Source: Podarcis filfolensis (taxonomy: Eukaryota). From it: 64,000 bases of DNA. Position 1 is the first letter of the stretch. Every line of letters starts with the position of its first letter. Below are positions 25,401 to 37,894 of this stretch, one piece after another. A program made the translations under genes and the position numbers. Location of the stretch: the NCBI GenBank assembly GCA_964270895.1, contig OZ185435.1. One strand, given 5' to 3'. The notes under the pieces were generated by a model, which worked only from the letters and a program-made list of their open reading frames with translations, ran no database searches and was not told where the DNA came from.

Positions 25401-26417
25401 AGTGGAGCTTCATTCTGTATAACTCCTCAAACTCCAGCCAATGCTCCCCCACATTCTCAGTGTCCTGTATATGTCATTCCTCACCAATAGTTCTGAAAAA
25501 GAAAACTTAGGAGAACAAAGCTCACAAAATATACACTAATATGTATTTCCCAACCACACAATTAGGGTTAGGTTGCTTTTTTGAAGTACAATTCCTGGAA
25601 CACTTGAATATACATCTTTTGGCAGAGGAGAAATTTGTATTATTTTAAGCCTTAAGAAGGAAGCTGCCTGTGAGAAGCAAGTATTTTTTTGGAGAGCAAA
25701 AGGGGCTCCCCTTGTCTTTTGGCTTCCACAATGGTTAGAATTAGTACCTACAGTCAAATGTGTTAGGGCTCATCCACACTTGCCCTTGTTCCACTGCTCC
25801 CCCCCCCCCCCGAATAAAACCCTCTCTTTATCACCGAATCAGAGTAAATGTCAATTAGGTTTCCCAAGGACTGATATTTGCTCTAATTCAGCTGTAAATT
25901 TCCCAGGGAAAGCAAAGGGGCAAGCGGTAAACTGCTCAGACCCATGCCGTGCCTAGAAAGCACGAGACAAGCAGAAAACCACTCAGACCCAGGATAAGCA
26001 AAATGTGGATGAGCCCTTAGTCTTGTAAGGCAAAATAATGTGCACTTTGGGTCAGCTGTAGTTACCAAACAGGTCTGGCTGTTAATCTGGAATGCAAATC
26101 TCTTAAGGTACGTGTGCCCTTTCTCCTATTTGGAGTGGCTCTGCCCCAGGTTCTGATGTACCAAATTACCACTCACATAACCCATAACGACCCAAAGGAT
26201 GCAAATTGTCTTCACAAGTTTTGTAAACTGGTCGTATGACACAGCTGCTGCTCTTTCAGTCTGTAAATTCCCACTGTGTGCTTTGGGCATGCGTCTCATC
26301 TACATTTCTGGACCCAACTACTGCTTATTCAGGACGGGAAGCTGATGAACTGTGATCTAGATCAAGGTCTCTATTCCACCATGTTTTATGGAATGTGAAA
26401 AAACTATATTGTAAAAG

Positions 26418-26556
26418 TAGGGTTGGGGGACCTATGGCCCTCCAGATGCTGCTGGACTCCAACTCCCACCAGCCCCAGCCAGCATGGCCAATGGCCAAGG
26501 ATGATGAGAGTTGTAGTCCAGCAACATCTGAAGGACCACAGGGTCTCCCAGCCCTG
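26418..26556. mobile_element. Palindromic hAT MITE (abundant squamate family; representative copy)
   Basis: tagggttgggggacctatggccctccagatg ... ggtctcccagccctg with internal inverted arms and near-perfect TSD ttgtaaa(a)g. Other copies at about 3881-4000, 4568-4692, 13630-13702, 13790-13875, 17575-17691, 23040-23145, 34790-34922, 35638-35735 and 36488-36620. Confidence 0.85.
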
Positions 26557-28899
26557 TTGTAAAGGAATATGCTTGTATGTACTGGGAAACAAGCATGTTG
26601 TGAACCCCTTCACTATTAATTTTCAAACCTTTTTTGAAATTTCCTTGGCTGCTACTGCATATTAGCAGTTTCACGGCACGTGGTCAGTTCTAGCTAAGAC
26701 TGGCAGTCACAATTTGTTTTACAGGATCCTTCTGATTTCAAGGGCTGGCTGTTGCTCTAGAGCATTTTTAATACAGGAGGACAAAGCACAGGTCACATAT
26801 TTTTCACACGTCCTTGGCACATGATGGGTGTCTTTTACGCTCCAAGCTTCCCAAATGCCCCTTTGTAAATAAAAATAAAAATAAAATAAAATCTGGAAGT
26901 TCAAGGTTCAGAGTTTATCTGCTAGAAAAGAATTTTATCTTCAAATAGAAGCATCTCTTCTTTAACTCAAGAACCAAAAACTCACAACTTGGGATATGCC
27001 TTTCTGGGTCCCACACTGCACCTTCCCTCATACAACCCTCAAAGCCCATTTCAACTAATTTTGCACTCTTTTGCAGCAAGCTCAAGAAAACACAGCATGG
27101 AACAAGGACTAGGCAGCGATGTGCCTGAAAACTTCTACGCATTTTACAAACATGTAAACTTCTGTCTAGACAAAAAGAAAAGGCAGCGCTTTATGCAGGA
27201 CTCAGTTTCTTGTAAATATATAAATTGGACTGCTGCTGCTTACCTTAGATTTATTTATTCTGTACACAAAAGAAATATCAGTTCACCTTGGCCTTATTGG
27301 AGGTACATAAATCTCCAATGACTAAGAAATAAATGGGTGTGTGAAACAGTTAAGTGAATAGTTACTTTAAATAAAGAATGGAAAGCCCATGAATTCGCAG
27401 CTTAAAACATTTTATAAGACTTAAAATGCTGAGTGGTTCAAACTCGGACTACATTTGAGAAAAATGCTAAATTTCACCTTTTGGAGGCACAAGGCTCTTG
27501 GAGGGCTGGAAATGCTAAAATTAGTTGTGTCTGTGAGTGCCTTTGTTTTTACACAAAGCACTGCGCGAAAGCCTGCAAGGGGAAAAAAGGAATACGTCCC
27601 CCAACCCCTCTTTCCTAAAGTTCAAAGCCCTATAATAGTTTTTCCATGTAAATAACGAGTCAGGTTTTAACAATGAAAAAACATATATATTCACGAACGC
27701 AATTAATTTTGGATGAAGTGATTGGATTTCCTTGTACAGCACAAAGCCCTTCTTTCCCTTGCTTTTCTTGTTTGCAAAATATGTAAATATTTAGTAATGT
27801 GAATAAACAAGCTTTGGTTCCTTTTTTCCTTCATTTTTGCTATATACCTGACATGCCAGCTTTAATAACATTTGATAGTTTATTTTAAATGTGAAGTTTA
27901 TTTCCAAAGTCCTCATCTAGTTAGAAAGACTCCCATCAGCAAAGTCAGTCCTAATCAAAGGAAGGGTAATTGAAAATAAACAATTTCTTAGCCATTTAAA
28001 TTCAAAGAGAGAATTTATTTTGTCAGATAACTTTTTTAAGCAACACGGGGTGGGGGAAAATACATTTCAACGCAGCTCAAAAGCCCCAACAAAAAACAAC
28101 CTCTACACCGATCCCAGAGCTCAGCAACTGGGTAGCAGAAGGGACGGAATGCAAACACCCAAACTAATGCAGTGGAGGTTTGCTGGATCAGAACCACTTA
28201 TGCTGACAATTTGCTAATGGAGATGTTGCATCTGCAAGGTCTGCAGAACTGGGGCCTGTCAAAAAAATTGCTTGCTTGCATGGTTACATGTGTGCAAACC
28301 CTGATGAATGGGGCATATCAGTGTTATACTAAGTGGACAAATATGAACAACCAAGCCAGTGCTCAGAACTGGTGGGGTGGGGAAAGCTATGCTAAGTTGT
28401 AAGGGTTCTATGAGAGATGCAACACTATCTTTCATTAAGTAGGGTGCTGCTATCACTTCAGTATTAACATTTCCATTCCCATACATATCACTTGCATGGC
28501 TATTTTTAAAGGAATACTTCCTCTGTAGCAAACCTAATGCCCCCCTTCAAACAACCCCCTGAATGCTTTTGCAGCCCCCCCTGTTTCCTCATTAGAGCCC
28601 CTTTCCAATGAGTCCATCCAGCGTAAGGGAGGTTGCCCCTAAAGTTGGAAAGCAGAGTGCTGAGTCACAAGCCTTGTGTTGAAATAGGACTGACAAGTCT
28701 TTTGCTGATTAATGAATTAGGATCAGAACCTATATATGTATATATTACACACAAAGGAACGGAAGGAAGAACACTGGGATGAATGAGAGACAAATGTGTA
28801 TGATTTATTTTTTTTCTGGGCGAAGAGAAAGAGACAAAAGGCCCCCTTACCAATGCCCTTGACTGCCTGCCTGCTGAGCAAACTATCTCTCGGTACTCA

Positions 28900-30430
28900 C
28901 TCCTACATCAGCCTTTCATGACATCTGTCGCCTGGAGGTTTAGTCACCTGCTGGTGACTAAACGCCACCACTCCGATTGTGAGAATGGGACAAGCATCCG
29001 ACAACAACCCACTGGCAAGCCATTGTGTTTTGTTTCCTGCAAAAGGGCAGTGGGAAGGCAGCCGCCGGCCCCAGTTGCTTGGCACTTGGCTGGGGCGCGG
29101 ATGTCAAAAAGCCTGCCGCAGACCGGGCCAAAAGTCTGGGCCAAGGAGATTCTTAGACAGGCAAGTACTGCAGGGAGTCAGAACGGGAAGCATGAGGAAA
29201 GGCGAAAGAAGTGGAGAAAGAGAATGGGTCAGTTTCTCCCGTCTATCCCCACCCCTTCCCCCCCATCTTCCTCCCCCCCACACATCTCCCTCCACCTCCC
29301 TTTTCCAAATCTGGCATTTCAGCCGAGACAGGGTGGCTTCACACACTCACCTCGCCTTGTCTCTTTGTAGGGGAGAGGAGCCAATCTGCGGTGCCTCTCC
29401 TCCTCCCCCCATGCCCCCCCCACATACTCCCACCCTCTGGGACTGGGCTTTGCTTTGTGGTTAAAGCTTTACACGTCAGAAAGGAGGAAAGGGGGGGGGG
29501 TAGAAGGGAAGGTTTCGTGAATATCTTCACCAAATTAAAAAACAACAACAAACCACACACACACAAAAAAACCAAACCCACAACCAAACCCTAGTGAGTG
29601 GGATTGGCAAATGGGATTATTAATCCTGGCCCAGAATAAAGGAGGCAGCAGACTCCATGCAGACCCCTCGGCGAAAGGAAGCATCCAGCCACACACCTAC
29701 CTTCAAGGGCTGCGCCGGACTGGGGCTTTAACCAGATGGAGTTCAGAGCAGGTAGGAGTCCCGGGTACCTTTCTGCAGGCCTCCCCTCCTGCGCAGGGAA
29801 GCCAGCCCACCTCTCCCCACTGAGAACCTCAACTGAGCCCTCACAAACACGTTCAATTTCTCCAGCATTTACTGGAAGACCCCCCCTTCTTCTTTTTCTT
29901 CTTCTTCTTTTTTTTTTGTTAAAAAATGCCACTAGCAAATCTTGGCAGCATCCAGAGATCTAGAGAGCGGGGTTGGGAGGGGGTTAGGGTGGGGTATGGT
30001 GGGCTGGCATTTCCTCTGGATAGTTCTTTAACAAAACAAAACAAAAGTTTTCTCCCGCTTCCTTCTTTACATTGAGGGAAATGCATACTGCTGGCTTCTT
30101 TACCTTTCTCTTGCCCCTCCCCACCCCAAAGTTTGAAGAGCTGCAGTGGGGTATGTTGAGGTGGGTGGCAAATGTGGGGTGGAGAGGTGGGGGGGGGGGA
30201 GAGAGAGAAGGAGAAAGAAATGAATGACCCACCGCTTGTATACAATTGCATCAAATACATTCTTGAAAGCAACCTGGTTCTGCTTAACACTTGATTTAAA
30301 AAAAAGGAAGGGAGGGAAAAAGGAAAGGCAGCCGCTTCGAGAGAGGGTGTATGCACTTTTTCCCCCCTTTTTCTTTTTTATATTCTTACATTCCTGGACA
30401 CCAATCAAAAGAGCAAATCACGGGAGGTGG

Positions 30431-30474
<44 letters not shown>

Positions 30475-30720
30475 TGGTGAAAACTTTGCACACATACCAA
30501 AAAAAAAAAAAAGCGTACAGACAACTTTTCCCACCTAACACCCAGCAAACACAAACCAAAACAAATAGGGAAAAGGGGGGAGGGAAAAAAAGGAACGGAA
30601 CCGGGGGCAGAGCCAGCCGGGGAGAAAGGCAATTTTTTCACTCTGCGCCAGGAGCTTCGGAACAAAACCGTTTGCCTGCTAACCCGCAGCGTCGCCCCCA
30701 GCCCAAACTCTGAGTCTACT
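28900..30720 (+). promoter_or_regulatory. Promoter/5' UTR region of the presumed CLCF1
   Basis: Raised CpG and G/C runs, (GA)n at 30436-30474, ccaat at 30401, C/EBP-ATF site attgcatca at 30245-30253, G4 motif at 29969-29994. Lies immediately 5' of the candidate ATG exon. Confidence 0.55.
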
Positions 30721-30748
30721 ATGCTATGTGTTGCTGGGGGGGGTCCAG
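30721..30748 (+). CDS. CLCF1: Probable first coding exon of cardiotrophin-like cytokine factor 1 (MLCVAGGGP + 1 nt, phase 1)
   Basis: actATGC has A at -3, and the donor CAG|GTAAGG is consensus. It follows a GC/GA-rich promoter-like region. CLCF1 is head-to-head with RAD9A in mammals and has a very short phase-1 first exon. Exons 2-3 were not found, so the call rests on synteny and structure. Confidence 0.55.
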
Positions 30749-33629
30749 GTAAGGGCTCGCATCTCCTTCAGTTTTGAGAGGGGGGATGGGGCGGCGGGGG
30801 GTTCTTGCCATGCGCCTCATCTTCCCCCCACCCCAAAACCGCTGCTGATTCTAATTTGATTTGATTAAAACGTCTGTCTGGCTTTGGGACTGATTTAAGA
30901 CTTTCCCTTTGCCCCCCCTTCTCTCTTTTTCATGCATGTTTGTGATTACTGGGGGGGGGGGAGAAGGGGAGAGAGAGAGACGCTGCTTAGTAAGGGAATA
31001 ACATCCAAAACTGACAGAGGAAAATCAAAGTCACCAGCATTTTAGACAAGGGCTATAAAGGGTTACCACCCCCCTTGTCGTGCTTTAAGTGCTGCCCCAG
31101 CACAGAAAGAAAGTATGTTTGGTTACCAAAATAAAGGTTTGTTTGTTTGTTTTTAAACAAAGAACAGGAGAAGTGAAAGGGGAGGGGGGAACCACCCTGA
31201 AACAAGTTTTTTTTGCAAAGAACGAGGAAACGTCCTTTGCTCCGGCGGATGGAGGGGGGGCACAAAACCCTAGGAAGTGTCCAGTCTTCCTAAATAATGT
31301 TAGGGGTTTTTGTTGCTGTTGTTGTTAATCCTTAGAGTTTTAACATTTGCAGCCGGTTAACAAAACTTTTCTTGCTGTTACTTTGAAAAGGTTGGAAAGG
31401 AGTTGCGGAGGGGGGCGCGATTACTTGGAATGAGAGAACTTTTTCCTGCAGGGTGTAATTTTTATAAGCAATGGGGGTTTTGTGTTTTGCAGACAACACC
31501 CCAGGCTTTCTGGGAGAGGGCTTGTGTTTAAAATAAAATAAAAATGTAAAAACAAGCCTTAAAAGGTCAAAAGTGGTTTGTTTCCTGGACTGGCTCTTTT
31601 GACAATCACGCTGTTTGGGGGAGAGGGGAGTCTCTTGCTCCCACAGTGTCAGCTATTTTAAAAAGAAAGAGCAAACAAACAAAGCAAAACAAAAACAGAA
31701 AAATCTTTGGGATTTTTTCTCCCTTGCCTGGATGCTGGAAAAGGCAAAGCAGGGAATGTGGAGGGGGATATGCCGGAAAATGTGAGGCCGAGGAGACCAG
31801 TAGACAGGCATACGCAGAACTTGCTCTTTCATGTCTCAAATGAACAACAGCCCAAATTCTCACTGCTAGGTCTGTTGGGGAAAGATGCTGCCTATCGACT
31901 TGGGTCTTTTTACTGCCGGTCAGTTCTGCTCCTTGGCTGAGATAGCCAGGAAAAGTGAAAAGGCATGGGAGGGGGGCAGCGCAGGCAGGGAGGGAGAGAA
32001 TAGAGCTAAAACTGATAGACGCAAATGGTTCTATCACTCCCATCCAGCAGCTGCAGCTAGCAGCTTGGGACTAGGCATCTTTTTAAGGGATTTCTCTCCA
32101 GAACAGCCCAAATTAGAGAGGGATCCTACCCAGCAATACATTGGGCTGATAGGCTGTCAAAGTGCCATTTGTTGGCTCTTTTTGCTTTAAAGCAGAAAGC
32201 TGCTTACAGTTGGGTAGCGGGGGGAGGGGGGAGGGAAGGATGCTGCACAGGAGGGAACTGAATGGGGTAGGTGTGACTAGAAAAGGAAATGGTGTGCTGG
32301 GAAATGGCACAGATGCATGCATGTGAGATTATCTAGAGGGATGATATCTCTGGAAATGAGTTGAACCCTGTTTGCCTGCTGCATAGTTGGGCACCAGTGC
32401 AGGCTGGCAAGCAGCAGGCAACACGGCCCCCTGTTGTGTGCAAGAGGGGATGTGGGAGCCAATCCTCCAAACAGACAGCCAACCGTCACACCTGAAAAGG
32501 CTCTATGCTGTGGAATACTGTGGCTGCAGATCCACTGTACTCATAGGAAGGTCAACCTTAGCTTATATGTGCAGGGATAAAAAGGTGGCTGGAACACAAG
32601 ATCACTGTTATGGAGGGAGCATCTCAAAAGAGAGGCTGGGACTATCCCAGGGAAAGTATCCAGGCATGTTATGGACCCACATGTAGATTGGAATACACTC
32701 CCTAGTTAAGGACCATACATACTCCTCATGCTCAAAACAGCCATATACATGCATATGCGTGTCCATGGCCACACCAATGCATCTCCTTTCCCTACAGATG
32801 CTCCTCATTAAATTTGCTGCTCAGAGGTAATGGGGCTGGGAGCCTTTACTATTGGCTTATTTTCCATTTCCAACTGTCCATCCCAAGTTGGCAAAGACAT
32901 TAAGAGCCCCCAAAAGGGTCAGCTTTGAATGAGTTTTGTTCCTGGTGTTGATGAATAGCAAAATCATTGCTGTGAGCTGCATGTGGAAAGGCCAACTACT
33001 CTTGTCGTTCTCTTCTTAGGAGCCAAAGTGTTTTATTGTACTGCCCGGTGGCTTAGTGGGACACCTTTTGAAAAAGCACACACATGGTTGTGTGCATAAG
33101 GATGTCCCCTCTTGCGAATGGCAGCATCTGAGTAAGCTCTGGCCCTGCTGAGGACAAAAGTGGGGGATGGAATTAATTTCAGTGCGTGAGAAGGGTAGAA
33201 ATCTATGTGAGATAGGGCTTGCTTAGTATAACAGTGTGGCTATATATAACTAGTAAACAGGCAGAATGTAAACAGTCAGTGTAAGGATAGTAAGGTATGA
33301 GACAGGATGGGCACTAAATTCATGCATGTAACAGTCCTATTCAGAAACATAATACTTTTAACAGCCACGTTGCTTAATACCTAAAACGAAGGATGCCTGG
33401 AGCCCTTTGAGGACAATACACCCTAGCATGCAATCTAAGCCACTGTCTTCCTGACGGCTAGTTCATAGGTTTCACACCTGAGGACTGGAAAGCCAGTCTT
33501 GAGTTGGTGTACAAGCACACCTTCACCCATTTGAGTGCTGCCACAAGCTACTGGGGTTGCCCCACACAACTTTCATCTAGGGAAAATGGCACACTAGATA
33601 GAAACGAGACTAGGTCTGGTTGTGGTCAG

Positions 33630-33765
33630 AAGGCACATTGGACCACGTCCTTGCTGAAGCTAAGCAGGTTTGGGTCTGGTCAGTGCCTGGATGAGAGACT
33701 ACCTGGGAATCCCATGTCCACTGCCTTGGGTTCCATGATGGAAGAAAAGTGGGATATAACATAAA
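33630..33765 (+). mobile_element. 5S rRNA-derived SINE fragment
   Basis: 33656-33713 matches the internal control region of vertebrate 5S rRNA at about 48/58 by my count, followed by an L2-like tail gaagaaaagtgggatataa. A second fragment is at 45248-45293. Confidence 0.75.
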
Positions 33766-35435
33766 CCTTGGCTGTGAGCACTACATTGTACAGTACAACT
33801 TGTCCAGTAAATGGGCAACAGAGGAAGTATTGCCACTGTCTCAGTCTGGGCCTGCACTGTGCCTTATATCAGCACTGGCTTCTTTCCCACAATAAGATGA
33901 GTTCAAGGCAGCCTCAGAGTTCTGACAGGTAGACCTCCTGCTGTCCAGCCCCGTGGGTTCAAACACATCTGTGTAAGCGCACCCGCGTGCGTGCGCGCGC
34001 ACACACACACACACACACTTCCACGTGCATGCCCTTTCTGTACAGATGCTCCTCATTAAGTTTGCTGCTGGTTTAGGTTTGCTGATCTTAAGCCTGCAGC
34101 CAGGAAATTAAAGAGGGAAAGGGAAAAGTTATAGGGAACGGTTTGAAGGTTCTGTGTGCTATTGCGACAAGACAGTAAAAGGCTTATATACGGAAAGCGG
34201 CACAAATGAGGCTCGAGTAGGACATTTTGAGAGACAGGCTTCAGTTTTAGGGGCACATATAGACAGCCGTTTCCCACACTCCTGGCTCAGTGCTGTAGCG
34301 CAGGGATGGCCAAGTTCTGTGTTCTCAGGGACCACTCTATTCTCCAGGCAGTAGTCCGGAAACCGGAAGTATAGTTTGATGCACAGCCCGACCTCCTCAC
34401 AGGTGGCCAGGCTTTACAATTCAGCCTCTGCATAGCTATCAGACGGGGCACTGTTTATAACACCCCCTCCCAATAATCACATTTAAAGTATGGAATAACT
34501 CACATATCTCGCAACATTTGCAAACAAATTTCCTCTCTTTGCATATGAAACCATGGGCAAAATGCATACCACATGGTTAGCATTTGGCAGGGCTGCCAAG
34601 AGCCTGATAAAACTGTTTCACGGGCCAGGTCTGACATCCAATGGAGCAAATGCTTTCTCCCCCATGGATCCATGCCAGGCCACCCACATGCTTTCTGTGA
34701 GAAGGTCCTGATCCCATGCAGGTTGCAGTCAGTTGTGCAGACCAACAGGGGCAGAAATGCTCTGGTGGGATTTAGATACAGTACGGATGGAGAAAGCTGT
34801 TGGCCCTCCAGATGATGTTGGGACTCCAGCTCCCATCAGCCCCAGCCAGCATGTTCAATAGTCAGGGGTGACTGGAGCTGCAATTCAGCAGTGTCTGCTG
34901 GGCTACAGGTTCCCCATCCCAACATACAGGGAGAAAGCCTGTCCAGCCACTAAATTAGATCCAGCCAGATGTTCCGTTATACTATGTGAACTGAAGACAC
35001 ACTAAAAAACTGGAAGGTAGTACAAATTCAAAAAGAACCTTATAAAAACTGCAACCTTCCCACCCCCCTGCAATCCCCAAGTCATGGTGATTTCAGTCCA
35101 AACACAGACACCCACTGCCAGTTAGTAACTCTATTCTCAGAACTACTAAGGCCAAGTCCAGGTTCAAGTTTTCCTGCTGTTAAGACACCCTACACACACA
35201 CCCAAGATCACAGAAGTAATGAAATAACCAGGAGTTGTGGTGACAATTTCCCCTGGCTTGCGAAAGAGGTAGCAATCTATTCCTTCTTTAGACATTTACC
35301 TCCCAAACTTCAGGTATTTGTTGTTGGGATAGATGCAGGAAACAAAGCATTTAAGCACAGTCACAAAAAGGAGGACTTTCAACAAACAACAGGACAGGTG
35401 GCCTATTGTGTTGTAGCCTAGGAAGAAACTGGGAA

Positions 35436-35438
<3 letters not shown>

Positions 35439-35487
<49 letters not shown>

Positions 35488-35545
35488 TTATTATTTATAC
35501 CCCGCCCATCTGGCTGGGCCTCCCCAGCCACTCTGGGCGGCTTCC
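35439..35545 (-). mobile_element. L2 3' terminus with expanded (AAT)n tail
   Basis: Minus strand reads cccagagtggctggggaggcccagccagatgggcggggtataaataataa followed by about 16 ATT units. Confidence 0.85.
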
Positions 35546-35749
35546 ATAAAAACCAAAAATACAGTAAAATATCACATGTTCTATTAGGAATAGAATCAGC
35601 CTCAGAATGAGAATATAAATAGACTGCTCATGTAAGCCAGGGATGGCTAACCTGTGGTCCCCCAGATGCTATTGGACTGCAGCTCCCATCAACCCTAACT
35701 ATAGGCTATGATGGTTGAGGGTGATGGGAGTTGAGTGTAGTCAGCCCTG

Positions 35750-36430
35750 GTGTAAAGGCAAGAGAGATGCATGGCAAAGGAGTCAGAAGACTGGGTCTTG
35801 AATCAGCATGCTAAACAGTAGTACAGAGGCAAGGATGGGGCCATGGATGGAGCGAGGAAAGTATCACACAGGTAGAGAAGGCAATACTGTAATAATCTGG
35901 GCCACATGCAAGAACTTTGGATACTAGCCCAGATGCTGCGGATGACTTAGTCACTAGAACGTAATCGCAAAGGGATGCTTGAGGTCTTGAAAGGAGGCTG
36001 AGCAAAATGCATCATGGTACCCTGACTATATATGGGAAAATCAAACTCCATTCTGACCACACTGGATTTCAGGTCGCTCATGATTGCAAAGCTATACAGC
36101 CAACAGCAGAAAAGAAAAACCTGGTGTGAGTGGCAAGTTCGTCCAGTACTGGGGCACAGAGGAGCCTGAGATGGAGCTCTAACATTCCTGACATGAAAGG
36201 AGAGGAAGCTACCAAGTGTAGTTCTAAAGGTGTGACCTGACAGATGGGTGTGCTGGCAATGGAGTCATTCAGGAGATGGCAGACCTTCAAGGGAAACTGA
36301 TCTGAAAGGATGTTTAAGGGAGATGAGGGCAAAGTGGTGTTTCTGAGTTTAGGCCAGTAGGAGGTGATTTTAGATGTTACATCAGCTGTTTTGGGGAAAA
36401 CTCTGGCTGCAGTCTGTATGAATGAATAAT
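35750..36430 (-). mobile_element. Ancient L2 3' remnant
   Basis: Minus-strand IQTAARVFPKTADVTS...WPKLR resembles the L2 ORF2 C-terminal TAARVIF..DHVT..L.WLP. Highly decayed. Confidence 0.45.
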
Positions 36431-37894
36431 GAGTGGAGGAAGACAAAAAAGTGAATCAAGGCTTTCTTGTGGAATCTTTATCTGCAACAGGGATAGGAAA
36501 TGTGGCCCTCCACATGTTATGGGACTACAACTCCCATCATCCTTGGCCACTGCTTATGCTGGATGGGACTAATGGGCACTGGGAGTTCAAAACCATCTGG
36601 AGGACCAAATGTTTCTCAGTCCATGATCTACAGCATCTGAACCCTGCTTACAAGGACAGTTTGAAAAAGGTGCCGAGGTCTAGTCTGTGTGGATAGCAGT
36701 CTCCTCATGGATACTGCAAAGTGATTGCTATTTTCTTAGTATGGACAGTTCCTGTGCAGTGATTTCTCATTTAGATTCTAGGAATCTCAGTGGAGTGCTA
36801 TTTACTGCAAGTATCCCAAGTGCATTTTTTGTGCTCTGGCATAAAAGCTCTTTGGTATAATTGACGCTGGCTAAATTGCACAGTGCTGACATACCAGTTC
36901 TTCATTATTTTGCCCACAAGACTCTTGAGAGCCCTCTTGGAAATTTAACCGTGTCTCCCCATTAATAGCCCCAGGAACACCAGATTCTCTGCCAATCCCT
37001 GTGTCTAATATAGGAAGGACTCAAATTAAGGCTTCCCATATTAAGATTTCTTTAAATGAAGCGCTCACAGACCACTAAGCCATTCCCTGCCACGAATGCT
37101 TTGAAATCCCAAGGGGGAACAACCTGTCATAAGCTCTTGCCAACAGCTTAATTCTTCCAGGAGAAGCCAGCTAGAAAAAGAAAAGCTCACAAACTTGAAA
37201 GGTGATCAGCCTGCTCTAAACTTGTAGCATTAGGGTGACCAGCAATCTTGGAGCATTTCCATGGTCATGAAAATCTACAAGGCACCTCTGTAGTTTTCTG
37301 TGATCAAAGAATATGCTGCACCCCTAAATGTGAATCATTTCAGGGGGTTTTGTCTTCTATTTCTTGCATTGGCTCTAACTTTCACAGCTGGGTACTTGAG
37401 CATGGCTAAATGCTATTCATGCCTGGTCAGGATAGGACACCACAGACTATGTTCTTACCTGTCTCAATAACCAGATGGGCATTAGGAATTATACTTAGTG
37501 TTAGTAATCTCCATTCTGCATAGTATTAACACATGATGGCTTTTGTACAGAACCCCAATGCATGCAGTAAGGTGCCCTCAATATGACTTTCTGCTCTGAC
37601 TCTGGGCTTTTCCTACTGCCTTCCTTTCAGCCTTGATACTCTTGTAAGCTCACATCACAGTTTTGTACCGGGCCAAACTGGTTTCAATGCAGCTTAGCTC
37701 AATATATACTTTGGCTCCACATGTTCCCATATTCAACAGTAGAGTCAAACACCTAAAAAGCCTGTGTCAGAAAAACTCTTGTCAACAACCATATCCATAT
37801 ATATCTTACAGGCTCAGGACAGTTTTGAGGTCACGCAGCCAATAATATTTCATGTTTACCCAGAAATAAATCCAACTGAGCTCAATGGTGCTTA

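Noticed and set aside
30721-30738. MLCVAG is also the CUX1 N-terminus
   Set aside because: The match ends after six residues (GGP vs ARLK), the exon phase differs as far as I recall, and synteny does not fit.
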